A DNA stretch of 62,935 nucleotides, filler included, from Collodictyon triciliatum (lineage: Eukaryota), in assembly GCA_043381765.1 (NCBI GenBank). It is 3 parts of 3 records of this genome, joined end to end, with 100 filler letters (N's around TTAATTAATTAA, not from the genome) between each part and the next. Parts side by side here need not be neighbours in the genome. Positions count along the whole stretch, not along the records: positions 1 to 24,284 come from JBHJMP010001090.1; 2 more parts are not named here. One strand, given 5' to 3'. The notes beneath the pieces are model-generated. The model searched no databases. It was not told the origin of the DNA and saw nothing but the letters and a program-made list of their open reading frames with translations. A program made the translations under genes and the position numbers. Of the stretch, positions 1 through 17,303 are shown in pieces. Within the stretch, counting starts at the first letter, position 1. Every line of letters begins with the position of its first letter.

Positions 1-482
1 ATTACATTGGAGGCATTGTAGATTTCCAGAACTTGGCGGTTGGCAATTCCTTTTTATTTTATTTTTTATACTTATTATTAGTCTTCCATTTACTTATTTT
101 GCAGACAAATGTATTCTCGATTGAGTCGTTCGATAAAATAGAATGGACCGTGCCTGGGTTCATGAATCCAGCGGTGATATGGACGAAGAGGCCGAGGCGG
201 GCAAATCTAAAAAAAAAAAATAATTGAATAGTCACCAGGTTAAATGAGCTGGTTTTGCTCTTCTACTTCAGATAGCGAACACAGTTGTTTTTTGGCACCC
301 GTTTCTTTCTTTTACTTTTGGGACATGAAGCAGAAGGAAATCAAAACGTATTGAATTCTACCTTGAGCGACCCTCTCCATGAAAAAAAATTTTTTTTCAG
401 ACAGAAAGACATTAATAATAGAACAAACAATAGTGACTGAAGTTTAGTAAAATACCAATTACAAAAAAAAAAAAAAAAAAAA

Positions 483-525
<43 letters not shown>

Positions 526-3500
526 AAAGAAAAAGAAGCAAATACAAATTCTCCATTTAGCACTTCATTATTTCTTCAACGTTTTGAGGAAATGCACACC
601 TGATATAAATCAACTATTTGTTGATATGAGAATCATTCAAAAAACGATACAATATTTACCTGTTGATGATGAATTAATTCTATCTGACGTTTTGAGTATA
701 CTCTTGGAAGTTTCATCGCAGGTCATTGATGTTCTCAAATATTTTATTGATACACGTCCCTTTATTTTAAGAGTCTTGACATAAAACATGCATTTTCGTC
801 AATATACGTATTTTTTAAATTAAAATGTGTCTTTTGATTCCCAAAACCCATATCTTTATTGTATTGCTGGTATATTCTCTCTAGGCTCAGTCATATCCAT
901 GGAGTTTTTCGATAGATTTTTTGGTTTCCTGCTTTGAGCAGCCATCTTTCATCAATTTAATAGTTGAAGGTCAAAGTCGAAATAAAATTTTAATTATAGA
1001 GCTGTTTTTTTTTTTTTTTTTGAGAAAACCTTTAAAAATTGGGTCAACAAACAGTTATCCTAAGGAACTCCTGTCCTGAAACATGTAGATTGTTAGCAAT
1101 CAAACTTCTAAACTCTATTCTTGAGTTATCTGACGGTACTCTGCGCCAAACAGCTTATTTCTTAAACCGAGACAATATTTTAAATACATAAAGTGCGGAT
1201 ATTTCATAACTGACTTTTATTAATAATCAATATAGAGATTTCTCGAGTTATCGTAGACGTCGATGTGTTTGGACGACTCGTGCATCTTCTCCCATCAACT
1301 TATCACTGGTCTGAAATAGACAGGAATCCTTCAAAAGGCAAAATGAAGCCTATGGATTATTCTCTTGTCGAATTATTTACAAAATTTGCTAATCCTCATA
1401 GTCTTTACATTGAATCGTATCCAGAATTTCGAATTATTGAATTTATGATTCTTGATTTTTTTCTAAAATATGCGCAAAATCTCATTTGTTAAACGAATGA
1501 CTTACAATAACATGGAGTGATAAGACATATGAATTGGTTCCTTTACGATTCGTTGCAGATGTATACGAACGAATGCTTCCTTATCTAGTTCGATTCAGTC
1601 TAAAAGAATACCAGTGGTCCCATTACTGTCCTTAGAGTCGCTTGGAGGTCATAATGATATTATCACAGGTTTATTTTCCGGTCCAAAACCAAGTTTGGTC
1701 GAACATGAGGTTTTTTTTTTAAAGAAGACTGCTATTATAATTTACAAGGAAGTATAGCTGAAATTTAAAATTTATATACCTAGAGACACAAACGACACTT
1801 GTCATTGTTTTTATGTTATCAAAGGTCTTACATCCTCTGCTGTAAATTGTTTAAATATCCAGTTTAAATAATAGTTCGTTTTAATTGAAAATTTCATCCG
1901 GGAGCTGCGATTGGTACTGATGTCAAGTGATTATGTTGAAAACTTGCACGGCTGTGCCTTATCAGAAACATCAACCATTAATGACTCGGCAATGATTAGC
2001 TCGAAGGTTCAGAACCCATTTTTACATACAAAATTCCATGTAATATATCTGTCTTATGAAAAATATATCATCAAATGTGCTGCTCAATCTTTCATTAAGT
2101 TTTTTTTCTTTCAATCTCCTACTAGCTTTTGCTGTATTTCTGGAACCGATTGCACGAATTAGGTACCACCACAATAGACAATAAATACGAGGTGGAAAGA
2201 TCAAGTTTAGTGATGAAGCAGTTGATATCGATTGTAGAACTTTTTATAGGTTGAAATTTTACTTCCGTACTTAATAAAATAAGCTTTCCTCATTAAATTT
2301 GTGAATTATGATAGTTGTTACAATTTTTTATATCGATTTCGAAAAAACCGATCTCCACATAAAATTTAATCTCTTACTGATTACTGATTACTGTTACTAT
2401 TACTAATATATCTATGACCTTTAAAATTCTTTTTAATATCAAAAGATGGGTCATTCCCTTTCATTGCTTCCTTCGCCGAGGACGGAATTATATGCGCTAT
2501 GGTTGACCAGTTTGACCACAAAAGTGCTTACCAAGGAATATCTTCACAGTACACTGAGACAGCCCGTCGATTCAGAATGCTTGTTGTGAAGATTATAAAC
2601 TCTCATGTAATTCTTGATTGGAGTTTGATGACAGTCTTGAAAAGGAATAGAACTATCCAAAAATGCGCTTTTTTTTTTTTTGACAATTTTTACTCTGGCA
2701 AGATTTTTCACGTGATAAAAACTTTGTGGATTATATGCTCTTTTTTAAACATATATTATGATTTTTGAATTAACATGTACTTTTTTCAACAAAGGAACCG
2801 CCTATACGTGCATTGCTGAAAAAATATCCCTGGCATCGAATTTTCTTTGAAGATTTGAAAAGAGAGCACGATTACTTGCGCAGAACAAAACTTGGAAGAG
2901 TACTTTAAAACTAATTATTTTTTTTTTTTTTTTACTTTTAGCTTCAAATTATAGAAACCTGTATTCTACAATTTACAATTTCATCCCAGGGATGATTCAA
3001 AATACACACGCGTTTGATTAACCCAAAAGACACTACATTACATCATGCACTCAATAATAACCATTTACATCATGTAAGGATGAGAGCATACTAGAACAGT
3101 TCAACAATCGTGCAATGTCTCGTGCACAATTACTTTCTTATATAATCGAAAAAGGCCCTCGCGATTGGCTCCAAGGATTGACTGCCAGTGAGTTTTGTTC
3201 TTGAGTCTCTCTCTCTAAATTTGTTTACTAGCAAATTATAAGACGAGGATACGCATCATTTTTTTTTTTGTTATAGAGCTAAACTCATACATATTAATAT
3301 TATGGAAAAATGAAAACTGCATTTTCTTTAATAGATGACTTTTATCACTACGTTATCGTTGACGGAATGGGAGATACAACTATCTTTGGTACAGGGGATA
3401 TAAATACGGGAAATAATTGCCCACCCATCCGTTTTATTTGTTGCTTTATAGTTTTCAAACAATTTTTTTTCTATACATTCTTGGATTAATATTACAACCG

Positions 3501-4835
3501 CTTTTCCTCACGGATTTAGACCCTCTCATCTGCAGTCAATTCCCAGCCGGAAAATTCGGCCGCTATTTAATTCGAAATGACTGCTACATGATTTTCAAAT
3601 ACGTTCACCAAAAACGCAAGGAATCAAAGGAGTGTGCTGCCTGGCACGAGGGACTCCTTTCCAAAGTATGTTTTAAGAATATATATATAAAAGCCATTCA
3701 ACAGAAAGGAGGAAAAATTGAATGAAAATAAGCAAACAGAATGAAATAAAAAATCAGTATTTTCCTGCTAGAAAAAAAAGCACATGCTCTCCAATGCATT
3801 GGTCGTAAATTTCATGCCATCACCAGAATTCGGCTAATGAAGCTGTTTATAGGTCAGAGAATATCGTGTTTGGCATCGAGAGGTGGATGCCCTACGACGC
3901 TGGCAAGATGGTTTATATTCTTCCCAAACGAATCGCATCATCTTTGTGCAGGAATTTTAGTGGTTGGTTAATTTTTTACTTTTTCTTTTCTTATTCACCC
4001 TTATCGACCTACAAGACCGCCATTACGCGATAGTAAGTGTATGTTTGGTATCTGATATGCTGGAAACTCGGGACCCGGTGTGTCTCTCTTTGATTCTTGG
4101 TTCAGACGTCGTAAGATGATATTTGAATATTGCTTGAAAGACATGAGTTTGATGGCGTTTGACATTTACCTGTTTCTCAAATAATTTAAATACACATATA
4201 ATTATTATCATTTTTGTTTAAAATTTTTTAATTCAAATATGTTCATATCCACGGTAGTTACGAGCATACAATCTCTTAATTAACACACTTTATCGACTTT
4301 TGTGATACTATATCACAGGTGGATATTATTACCGCGATGTATTTTGACTTGAGGCTTTGGTATCAAAATGTGAGAATCTTATCAATTTTACAAAACAGTA
4401 TTATTTCATCATATTATGAATTTACCACCATATGTACGAATCAGAAAAAACAAAAACAAAAAAAACAGACAAAAAGCCTTTGTCACGCATGATGTTCAAT
4501 GACAATACACTTTTGATACAATGCACCAAGAATCATGGCAAAAAATAATTATTTGCCGTCTGCCTTGCAATCACTAGGTTGATGTGAGCGACACTGCCAC
4601 GTCTGCCTCGTGGAATCATCCCAGGATTCTCTTGGAAAAGTCGAAGCAGTTTGTGGACCGCATTTGGTACGGAAATTACATTGCTGGCCGCTACCAGGTG
4701 GATTTGTTGAGAGAAGTATCCAGCAGTCCGCGGGCACAGGAGCTTTCGGGCAGGCTGAAGACGTCAAGACGGAGCCGTTTGCTTTCTCAGACACCCATAT
4801 TCGGAGATTATATCCTGAAGTCGCCCACCATGTGA
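1..4835 (+). CDS. 3' part of a large multi-exon uncharacterised protein, N-terminal part ARM/HEAT-like (5' end outside window)
   Basis: Series of AG/GT-bounded open segments, e.g. LHYFFNVLRKCTPDINQLFVDMRIIQKTIQYLP...ILSDVLSILLEVSS (561-775), CRLLAIKLLNSILELSD|EISRVIVDVDVFGRLVHLL, VDIITAMYFDLRLWYQN| and last exon VDVSDTATSASWNHPR...KSPTM* (TGA 4833-4835). Amphipathic helical pattern suggests ARM repeats; family not recognised and several junctions uncertain. Confidence 0.55.
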
Positions 4836-5089
4836 TATAAACCGCTTCGATATGGGCAAATTAATTTTTCGTGTTATCTTTCATTTGCTGGGAGTCAACA
4901 GATACAATATCATTCAAAAAATTTATGAGAACATCAAATATGCCGACATCTGACTGATAGCGTGGTTTATTCAGCTCTTGGGTAAGAATTCAGTAAAATC
5001 CACTGAAACACTAGAAAATGTAAGGTAAAGTTTAAGTACTCTTCGATATCCGGGTTAGTCAGTGGTCAAGAGAGATTTGAAGGTGATAT

Positions 5090-8000
5090 TTAACACGAGT
5101 TTGTCAGGAATGGAAAAGGGCTTGATAGATAATGTTTTTGTTTTTTTTTTGTTTTGTTCTTGTTTTTTTTAAAAAAAAAAACTTGCCGTGGTGAGAAGAT
5201 TCAAAGGCTTTCTGGACGATGGCATAGGCATTACTCGATTCAACGTACAGGGATGCTGTGATTGTCCTTGACTAGAATGTAATTGTTTTTGTTTTATTTT
5301 GCTCTGTTTCTGTTCTTGTTTTTTTTCATTTATGGGCTGTGAGAGAAAAAGTTTGCTTCATCTCTGCCACTAATGCGAGGAATTTGACATAATCTTATTG
5401 AGATTTCACACCTTCTCGATGATCTGATCCAAACTGGGTGCAGGGTTCTCATGAGCCTTAAGGGTTGCGCCTATGTGACGCAAGACAGCGACATGGAGCT
5501 CCGCGATGTCAGTGAGAGCCTGAGATAAAACTAGAATAAGTCATCGCATAGTATATATAAAGGAAAAGGGAAAAAGGGAGGAAAAAGGGAGGAAAAAGGG
5601 AGGAAAAAGGGAGGAAAAAGGGAGGAAAAAGGGAAATAGGGAAACGAAGGAATGCTTTTCTTCGGTAAAAAAAAAAGTATTTCTTCTATAAATTAAAAGA
5701 ATAAACTGACATAAACCATACTTACATGATTAACATACAAAACAAAATCTCGAAAATTTTGGGCATTGGTTTTTGGTGTGTCTGGGGTGATTTCGCCAGG
5801 CGAATTTGAAGAAAGCTCGATTTGTTGATCCAAATATGTAGACATCTAGTTTACAAGGATGTCCTATATTAAACTTGGACACTCTTTCTGTTGAGCGTCA
5901 AAAGGTTCCTGGTAAAGTCAGGTTAATCCAGTAGACTGTCCTATTTTTTCCTTCCTTTTTTTATAAAAAGTTCAATACCTCCTGGACGACAGCCACTGCA
6001 TAATCAGCAAGGGCCTTCCTGGCACTGATAGAACTACATGACATCGATTTTCTCAACATAAGATCTTTGTATTAAATGTGCACAGAGTATGACTTAACTT
6101 ACTGGTGCATGTAAGATCTATTCCTATGATTATTTAGAACAAGATAGAAGAGTGATTTCATCGTTTTCGTATATTTGATGTAAAAAAGAAAAGAAAAAGA
6201 AATCTGATAAGAATCAAACGTAATAGCAAAAAGGCGTTCCACGTGTTGCTCGACTTGATATTCATTCTCGCCGGACATAACCTTGACCACTATAACAGCG
6301 TATTAATATATTAACGTGAATATTGATTCAATTTGCAAGGCAATTTTTTTTTAAGACGTACATTGATGGGTGATGTAAGTCATTAAATCTTGAGATTGTA
6401 ATTTTGATGTCTCCAGAATTGAAAGAGACTTGAATCCGACGTTGCCCTTATTTAACAAAAGGAATAAGAAAATAACGGTTTTTTAGAATTTTTTTCCATT
6501 TGTCACAAAATATGAAATACTAATTTGCATGAATCATCAATACTTCTTTTGGCGCTTCGCAATCGTTGTCATAAGCATCTTCAATATTGAATATTTCATC
6601 GAATTCTAGTTTTTGGAAACAAAATATGTATTGGGTCTATAAAAATGGATGTAATTTGATCTTTTTCAAAATTATTATTCATTTGAGCAGTAACAAAAGT
6701 TTTGTAATACAATAAAAGCCTAAGTGTTTGGATCGGCCTTTTAATTCATGATATACAACCTGTAGGAACTTTAGTGTTTCCTAATTTTCGTGACCGGAGA
6801 AGGAAATCATTGGACATATTATCCATTTTCTGTTGATAAGAAAGAGGCACGAAGCCAATATATATATATTTAAAAAAAGAGTCCAGTATGGTTGTTTTTT
6901 TCTTTGTTTATGGACAAACATGAATTTCAGAATGAGACAAGAAAGCGCATAAAATTACCTTCAGTTCATCAGTTCCTCTCAATTTGTCTGTCCATACCTG
7001 GAAAGAAAAATCCGGTATCGATTCAAAATAAGCTGAAAGTTGCAGACCTCCACTATTTGCATCTACATTTCCATTATCATTCTGTACAGCAATCGAAGAA
7101 ACAGACGAATCCTCATTCTGTTTTCCATCCGTTATAGTCAAAGACTCCATCACCAACGAAGGGAGTTCATCCTCATCATCGACATTTTCGAGAGGCTGCA
7201 TGAATTTTATGTGAATTTTCTTCATGATTTCCAAGGATTGCACAAGTAAAAATAAAATAATAAAATAATCTGCATCTGAAGTAATTAGTGGGGTGAGTAA
7301 CAAACATGTGGGATAAGAATGTCCATGGCTTTCTTCCCAAAGAATTCAACTGCATCCATCGACTGGATGGCGATAATTTTTGTTGCATCCATTCCTTGTT
7401 CGTAAATTGCAGAGCCCTCAATGGTCTCTGCAACACTACTTACAACCTGAGAAACACATTAAAATCCTTACATCGGCTTGGGTGTTCCCGAACGAGCAGA
7501 GAAGACATATCGGTTGGGGATAATTGAGAGAAGATATAATTGTGAATTGAAGAGACCTGCTTGGAAGCCTCAAATGACGACTGGGCAACAACACCAACTG
7601 TTTCGGTGAGAGACTCCACCAGTGTGTTTGATTGAACAGACTGGCATATATTATAGTGTATGTTGAAGTGAACGCAGACAGGTTATCATGGAGAGTTCAA
7701 ATAGTGGTTCGCTTCTTAATTGAGGGTACATAACGTACATCTTGGAAATAAAGATTACATGCACGATGTTACCAAAAACTGAGACTGATGTTCCCACGAT
7801 AGAGCCGATTGTAGCCAGTGGATCGATAAGCAACAACTTCAAAATAGACAAATAAATATGTAACATAATACAAAACTGAGACACTTTTATTGTCGAAGAG
7901 GAATGATGCTGGTACAAGACTTCGGGCTTCCAAACTACAATAAGGGCTAACCTCGTCGCTCTCTTTCTTTTCGTTTTCTGGTGCACTGGAGATACCCCTT

Positions 8001-8650
8001 TCATCTTCATCTTCGATAGCCTCCTCTTGCTGAGAGTCACCAGCTTCTGGAGCGATAATTTTTGTAGCAGCACTAGCTTATGAATTGAAAGAAAAGATGA
8101 AAAATGCTGAAAAGATGGATGCAAAGAATATATGAAATGACAAATTCAAATCAAACCGATGCTCTGGGCAGACTCTGCTACTGTGTTCAAGATCGAACCA
8201 AATCCCCAGCCTGTATTATGATTATGGTTATTATGATTTAGTCATGTTCTTGGATGTCAGGGCGATTAGACAAGATGCAATTCTAATTGAAAAAGTTCTG
8301 AAGAAAAGCAGTTGGATGTAGCGCGTAGAGCGACAAGACAGATTCTTCGGCTAATCGAGGAAGCAAAAGGGCAAACCCGATGAATCGGAGGCACCGGAGC
8401 TGACAGGCGCCGAGAACCAGCTGCTCCAGCCGCCTGAGCTGGCAACAGACTCATCTCTTTTGCCTTCCACTGCCTCTGCGGTATGATCTTAGCAATGAGA
8501 GAGCAAATCAGTGAGCAGAGGAAAGGGAAGCAGCGGACGCAAACACGGAGTGCAAAGGCAATGCCACAGGGGCTGAAACAGAAGGAAAGTTGCAACAGCA
8601 CGGGATCTTGACGAAAAGGTTGGAAGAAAGATAAGCCGCATACGTTCCAT
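5090..8650 (-). CDS. FAM114: FAM114 (DUF719) family protein, multi-exon
   Basis: Spliced translation has GGWSSWF near the N-terminus, IQSMDAVEFFGKKAMDIL (about 7310-7370; cf. FAM114 LDALEFIGKKTM) and C-terminal ITASLYVESSNAYAIVQKAF (about 5200-5265; cf. ITAVFLEASNSASYIQDAF). Start inferred as ATGGAAC|gtatgc at 8650; exact stop (about 5090-5105) uncertain. Confidence 0.75.
5566..5633. repeat. Intronic (GGGAGGAAAAA)n minisatellite
   Basis: About five tandem 11-mers plus degenerate flanks. Confidence 0.9.
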
Positions 8651-9934
8651 CACGCTTCACAAAAAAGTTTCGGGCTATGTGACTCGCGGCAAAACTGGTC
8701 GGCGTTTTTTGATCTGCCGGCTTTGGAGGCCGCTAAGCGAGTATGCGAACTAGGATGGCGTTAAAGGATCAAACAGTCTCATGAAGGATACGTTTTTGCT
8801 ATTGCTTGGGAGAGAGAGAGAGTCGCCTATTGAAAGGCTCGAGCGGCCCGTCAAGCGAAAATCCTAGGAAGGTGCGTGCTCGGCTGGTTTTTTTTCGAGT
8901 TTCTCTTTTCTCTCCAACCATCACAACGACAAGACCCACAACATAATCGATTGCCATGATTGCGTGGTGAATAGATTGCGCTTGGCTCAAGCTTGACTAT
9001 TACCCGTGCCGGTTTGCTGGGTTGAGACTGGGAGAGTTTCGTTCGAAGGCAGAGGCAAAGGCGCTGGTTGCCTGGCTTCGGGTTTGTGGCATCCTCTGCT
9101 GCAGGAAGCCAGCCACACACGCCGTAGATACAGATGCTTCTCTGCCCTTTTTATTTGTGGAATATATACACATATGTGACAAATAATAAAAGCTGCGCTT
9201 ATAAGGCAGTGAATCGTCAAAATTTTCTCTGCAGAATACAATGTACGCACAACTATTAAGGTATCAAGCCATGATATGGCCATTTGGGTATTGATGAGGC
9301 CATAACTAATCAAGGTGATGAGTGAGTATATCACCGTATTCATTATCATAATAAAAAACACAACCCCATCTCACTGACATGTGTGAAGCCTATGACTGCG
9401 AATGCCAGAGCCTGCATCAATGCCAGTAAATCAAAGCCCACATATGAATGATATCCGCACGGGGTTTGTGCAGAAAAGAATCAGAAGACTGGAAATACAA
9501 TGAAAGAGCAGACGGTTGAGAACGTGCTTGACTCTTCATGACTTGCAAGCATCACACCGCATCAAACCATTCAGCACTATCAACAACAGTATTGAAGGGA
9601 TGGTTTGTTATTCATGTCAGGTCACCAATTGAGAGACTGAAGATAATACGTACATAAATCAGGAGCATGCGGAGAGGCTGAGGACAATTCGTATATTGAT
9701 AAGAGTGACGGGGTATTTAACAGGAACTCGCAGATATTTTTAAATACACGCTCAACGCGCCAGTTACAAATGTGGCTATTTCGAATAGCTGAAAACTCGG
9801 AATCATTATCTGACAACTTTAGTTTAACTGGAACTCGTTATATGTTATTATTGGTATCATGATTTATTGTCCATCTTGCCAAATGGTAAAGAGGAATCAC
9901 TGAAACTGTGGTCTGGAAGGAGAAAAATATGCTT

Positions 9935-15323
<5,389 letters not shown>

Positions 15324-17303
15324 ATTAACTTGCTGGTGATGAGGCCTATGGGCAAGATTGAGAAAAAAATATATTCATTTATTCAGCACGCTTCATAGCA
15401 GGCGTCCTGAATCTTGGGTGTTGCAGTCGGCTGGGCTGCTTACCCGTCTCTGTGCATTCAATAAAACAAAAGCAAGAATAAATAAAACCAGTAAAAAACA
15501 AAACTAATAAACCAATAGAAAAACTTCTTAAAAAAAAAAAGCTGAAACACAATAAAACCAGAAAAAACAAAGTGTGATGCGAGAGGTGCATTCGAATCTG
15601 TGTTAAAACACAGCTAGATATGACTGGATTTGCCACGCCACGCCGCTCCACCCTTATTTCCAGAAGAGGGTTCGGGTGGCTGCACGCCAAAAAGTAAACA
15701 GCCACGCATCTTTCGACGCACAACAAAGGCCAATCGGACAGCCAAACTTCCAGCAGCAGCCGAAGCAAAGGAAAAGAAATCCAACTCCGCACAAGAGGCA
15801 AAGCAAGAGCGACAAACAACCGGAAAACATCGGCGCAGAGTCGCGGCGACAAGGTTTGCTGAACTGCGAATGTCTGTAACCACACACTTATATTCCGTCT
15901 GCTTTTCGTTTGCCTCTCCTTGGAACGAACCGGGCTTGGGCTTGGCAGAGCGCAAAAGCAAAGAAAAAGAAGAGGAAAAAAAAATAAGCAAGTATAAAAG
16001 CAGGTTCCCAATGACGATTTCAAAGACCAACGCTGACAAATGTGTCTGTGCTTGGAACGACATTTTTTTTTCTTGCGCGATGAATGAGAAAGCCAAAGTC
16101 TCGCCCATGATCAGTGGAAAAGTTTTTGACAAGAACGATAACGAAAAGCGGAGAAACCGTGAGCACATCAGCTTCCTTTTCGTGGGGCACTCGTTCCTCT
16201 GGTCCAATGATCGCCTCTGGAATATGGTTTCGTCTGGTTTTCTCCATTCTGGACTCCCGAGATATCAAATCCGGATTTTGATCACGAACCGCCGAATGAG
16301 ACTCCACGGAGGATAAGATCATGTGCAGACGAACACGGTTCCTTCGGCAAGCTTTGCGTTAATATTCGGATCTGGGATGACTGACTGGCCTGTCTCTCGT
16401 CCTTCAAATATCTCATCGATTCGGTCACCACTCCAGGCATTCCCTTTGCACCAGTTGAATGTAACATTCCCATGAGACCCCACCAACCGTTGTACGCAGC
16501 GACCTTGCCAAACAGTGCCGTCCTCTTCGGTGTTGTTTGGCGAGAAGAAATCTGTTGCCTAAACGAGTGCATTTCGTGGATTTGGTGGAAAAGCGATGCT
16601 TCTTGTGAGCAGTGATTCATATGTAACGATGTTTGTTGGATAGTGCATGAAAATAATGTCCAATCTTCAATCTGAGGGATATCTGCCATCTTGCTCTTAT
16701 TAATAATTTTATGATTGTCTATTGTGTTTATATTTTGATTCATTCGTTGCTTCGTGTTTTCTACTTCAACTATTACATTTCGGTGAATGATGAGGTTGTG
16801 TTTGGAAGAGCCAACCAAAGATCAGATTCTGAGTCCGTAAAAAGTGCGTGTTGCGCTGCCTGTGTTCACGTGTTTGTGGACGTTGATCACTTTGCTCTCG
16901 ATAAAGTATTTTATCGAGAGATTCTCTACACTACACCAACCATCTGACACATTTCTAGCACCCAGGCTTATTTACTGTCTTATGTTTTACCTTATTCATT
17001 TTCTTTTGTTTTTATTTTACTTTCCTTTCCTTTCTTCCAATACGGTCACCATCATGAATATCTTTTGACCATAACTCTGAGTCTTCATTGAAGCTTTTCA
17101 CATCTAAATGCGACATTAATTTTTATCGAATTTTTTTATCGTATTATCGAAAATCTAAGGTCGCAGGCCTTCGCTTGGATACAGCGCCACACCCACTGGA
17201 AGTTTGAGTGGTGAGTAGATTAGGAAATCGATTTTCTTGGCTAATTACATCCACTTCGTTCGATATCGATTGTTTGATTTTCATCACTAGAACTGAGTCC
17301 ACC

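Noticed and set aside
9315-9377. Box C (GTGATGA) and box D (CTGA) pair suggesting a C/D snoRNA
   Set aside because: No terminal stem and no rRNA-complementary guide that I can recognise; such motifs occur by chance.
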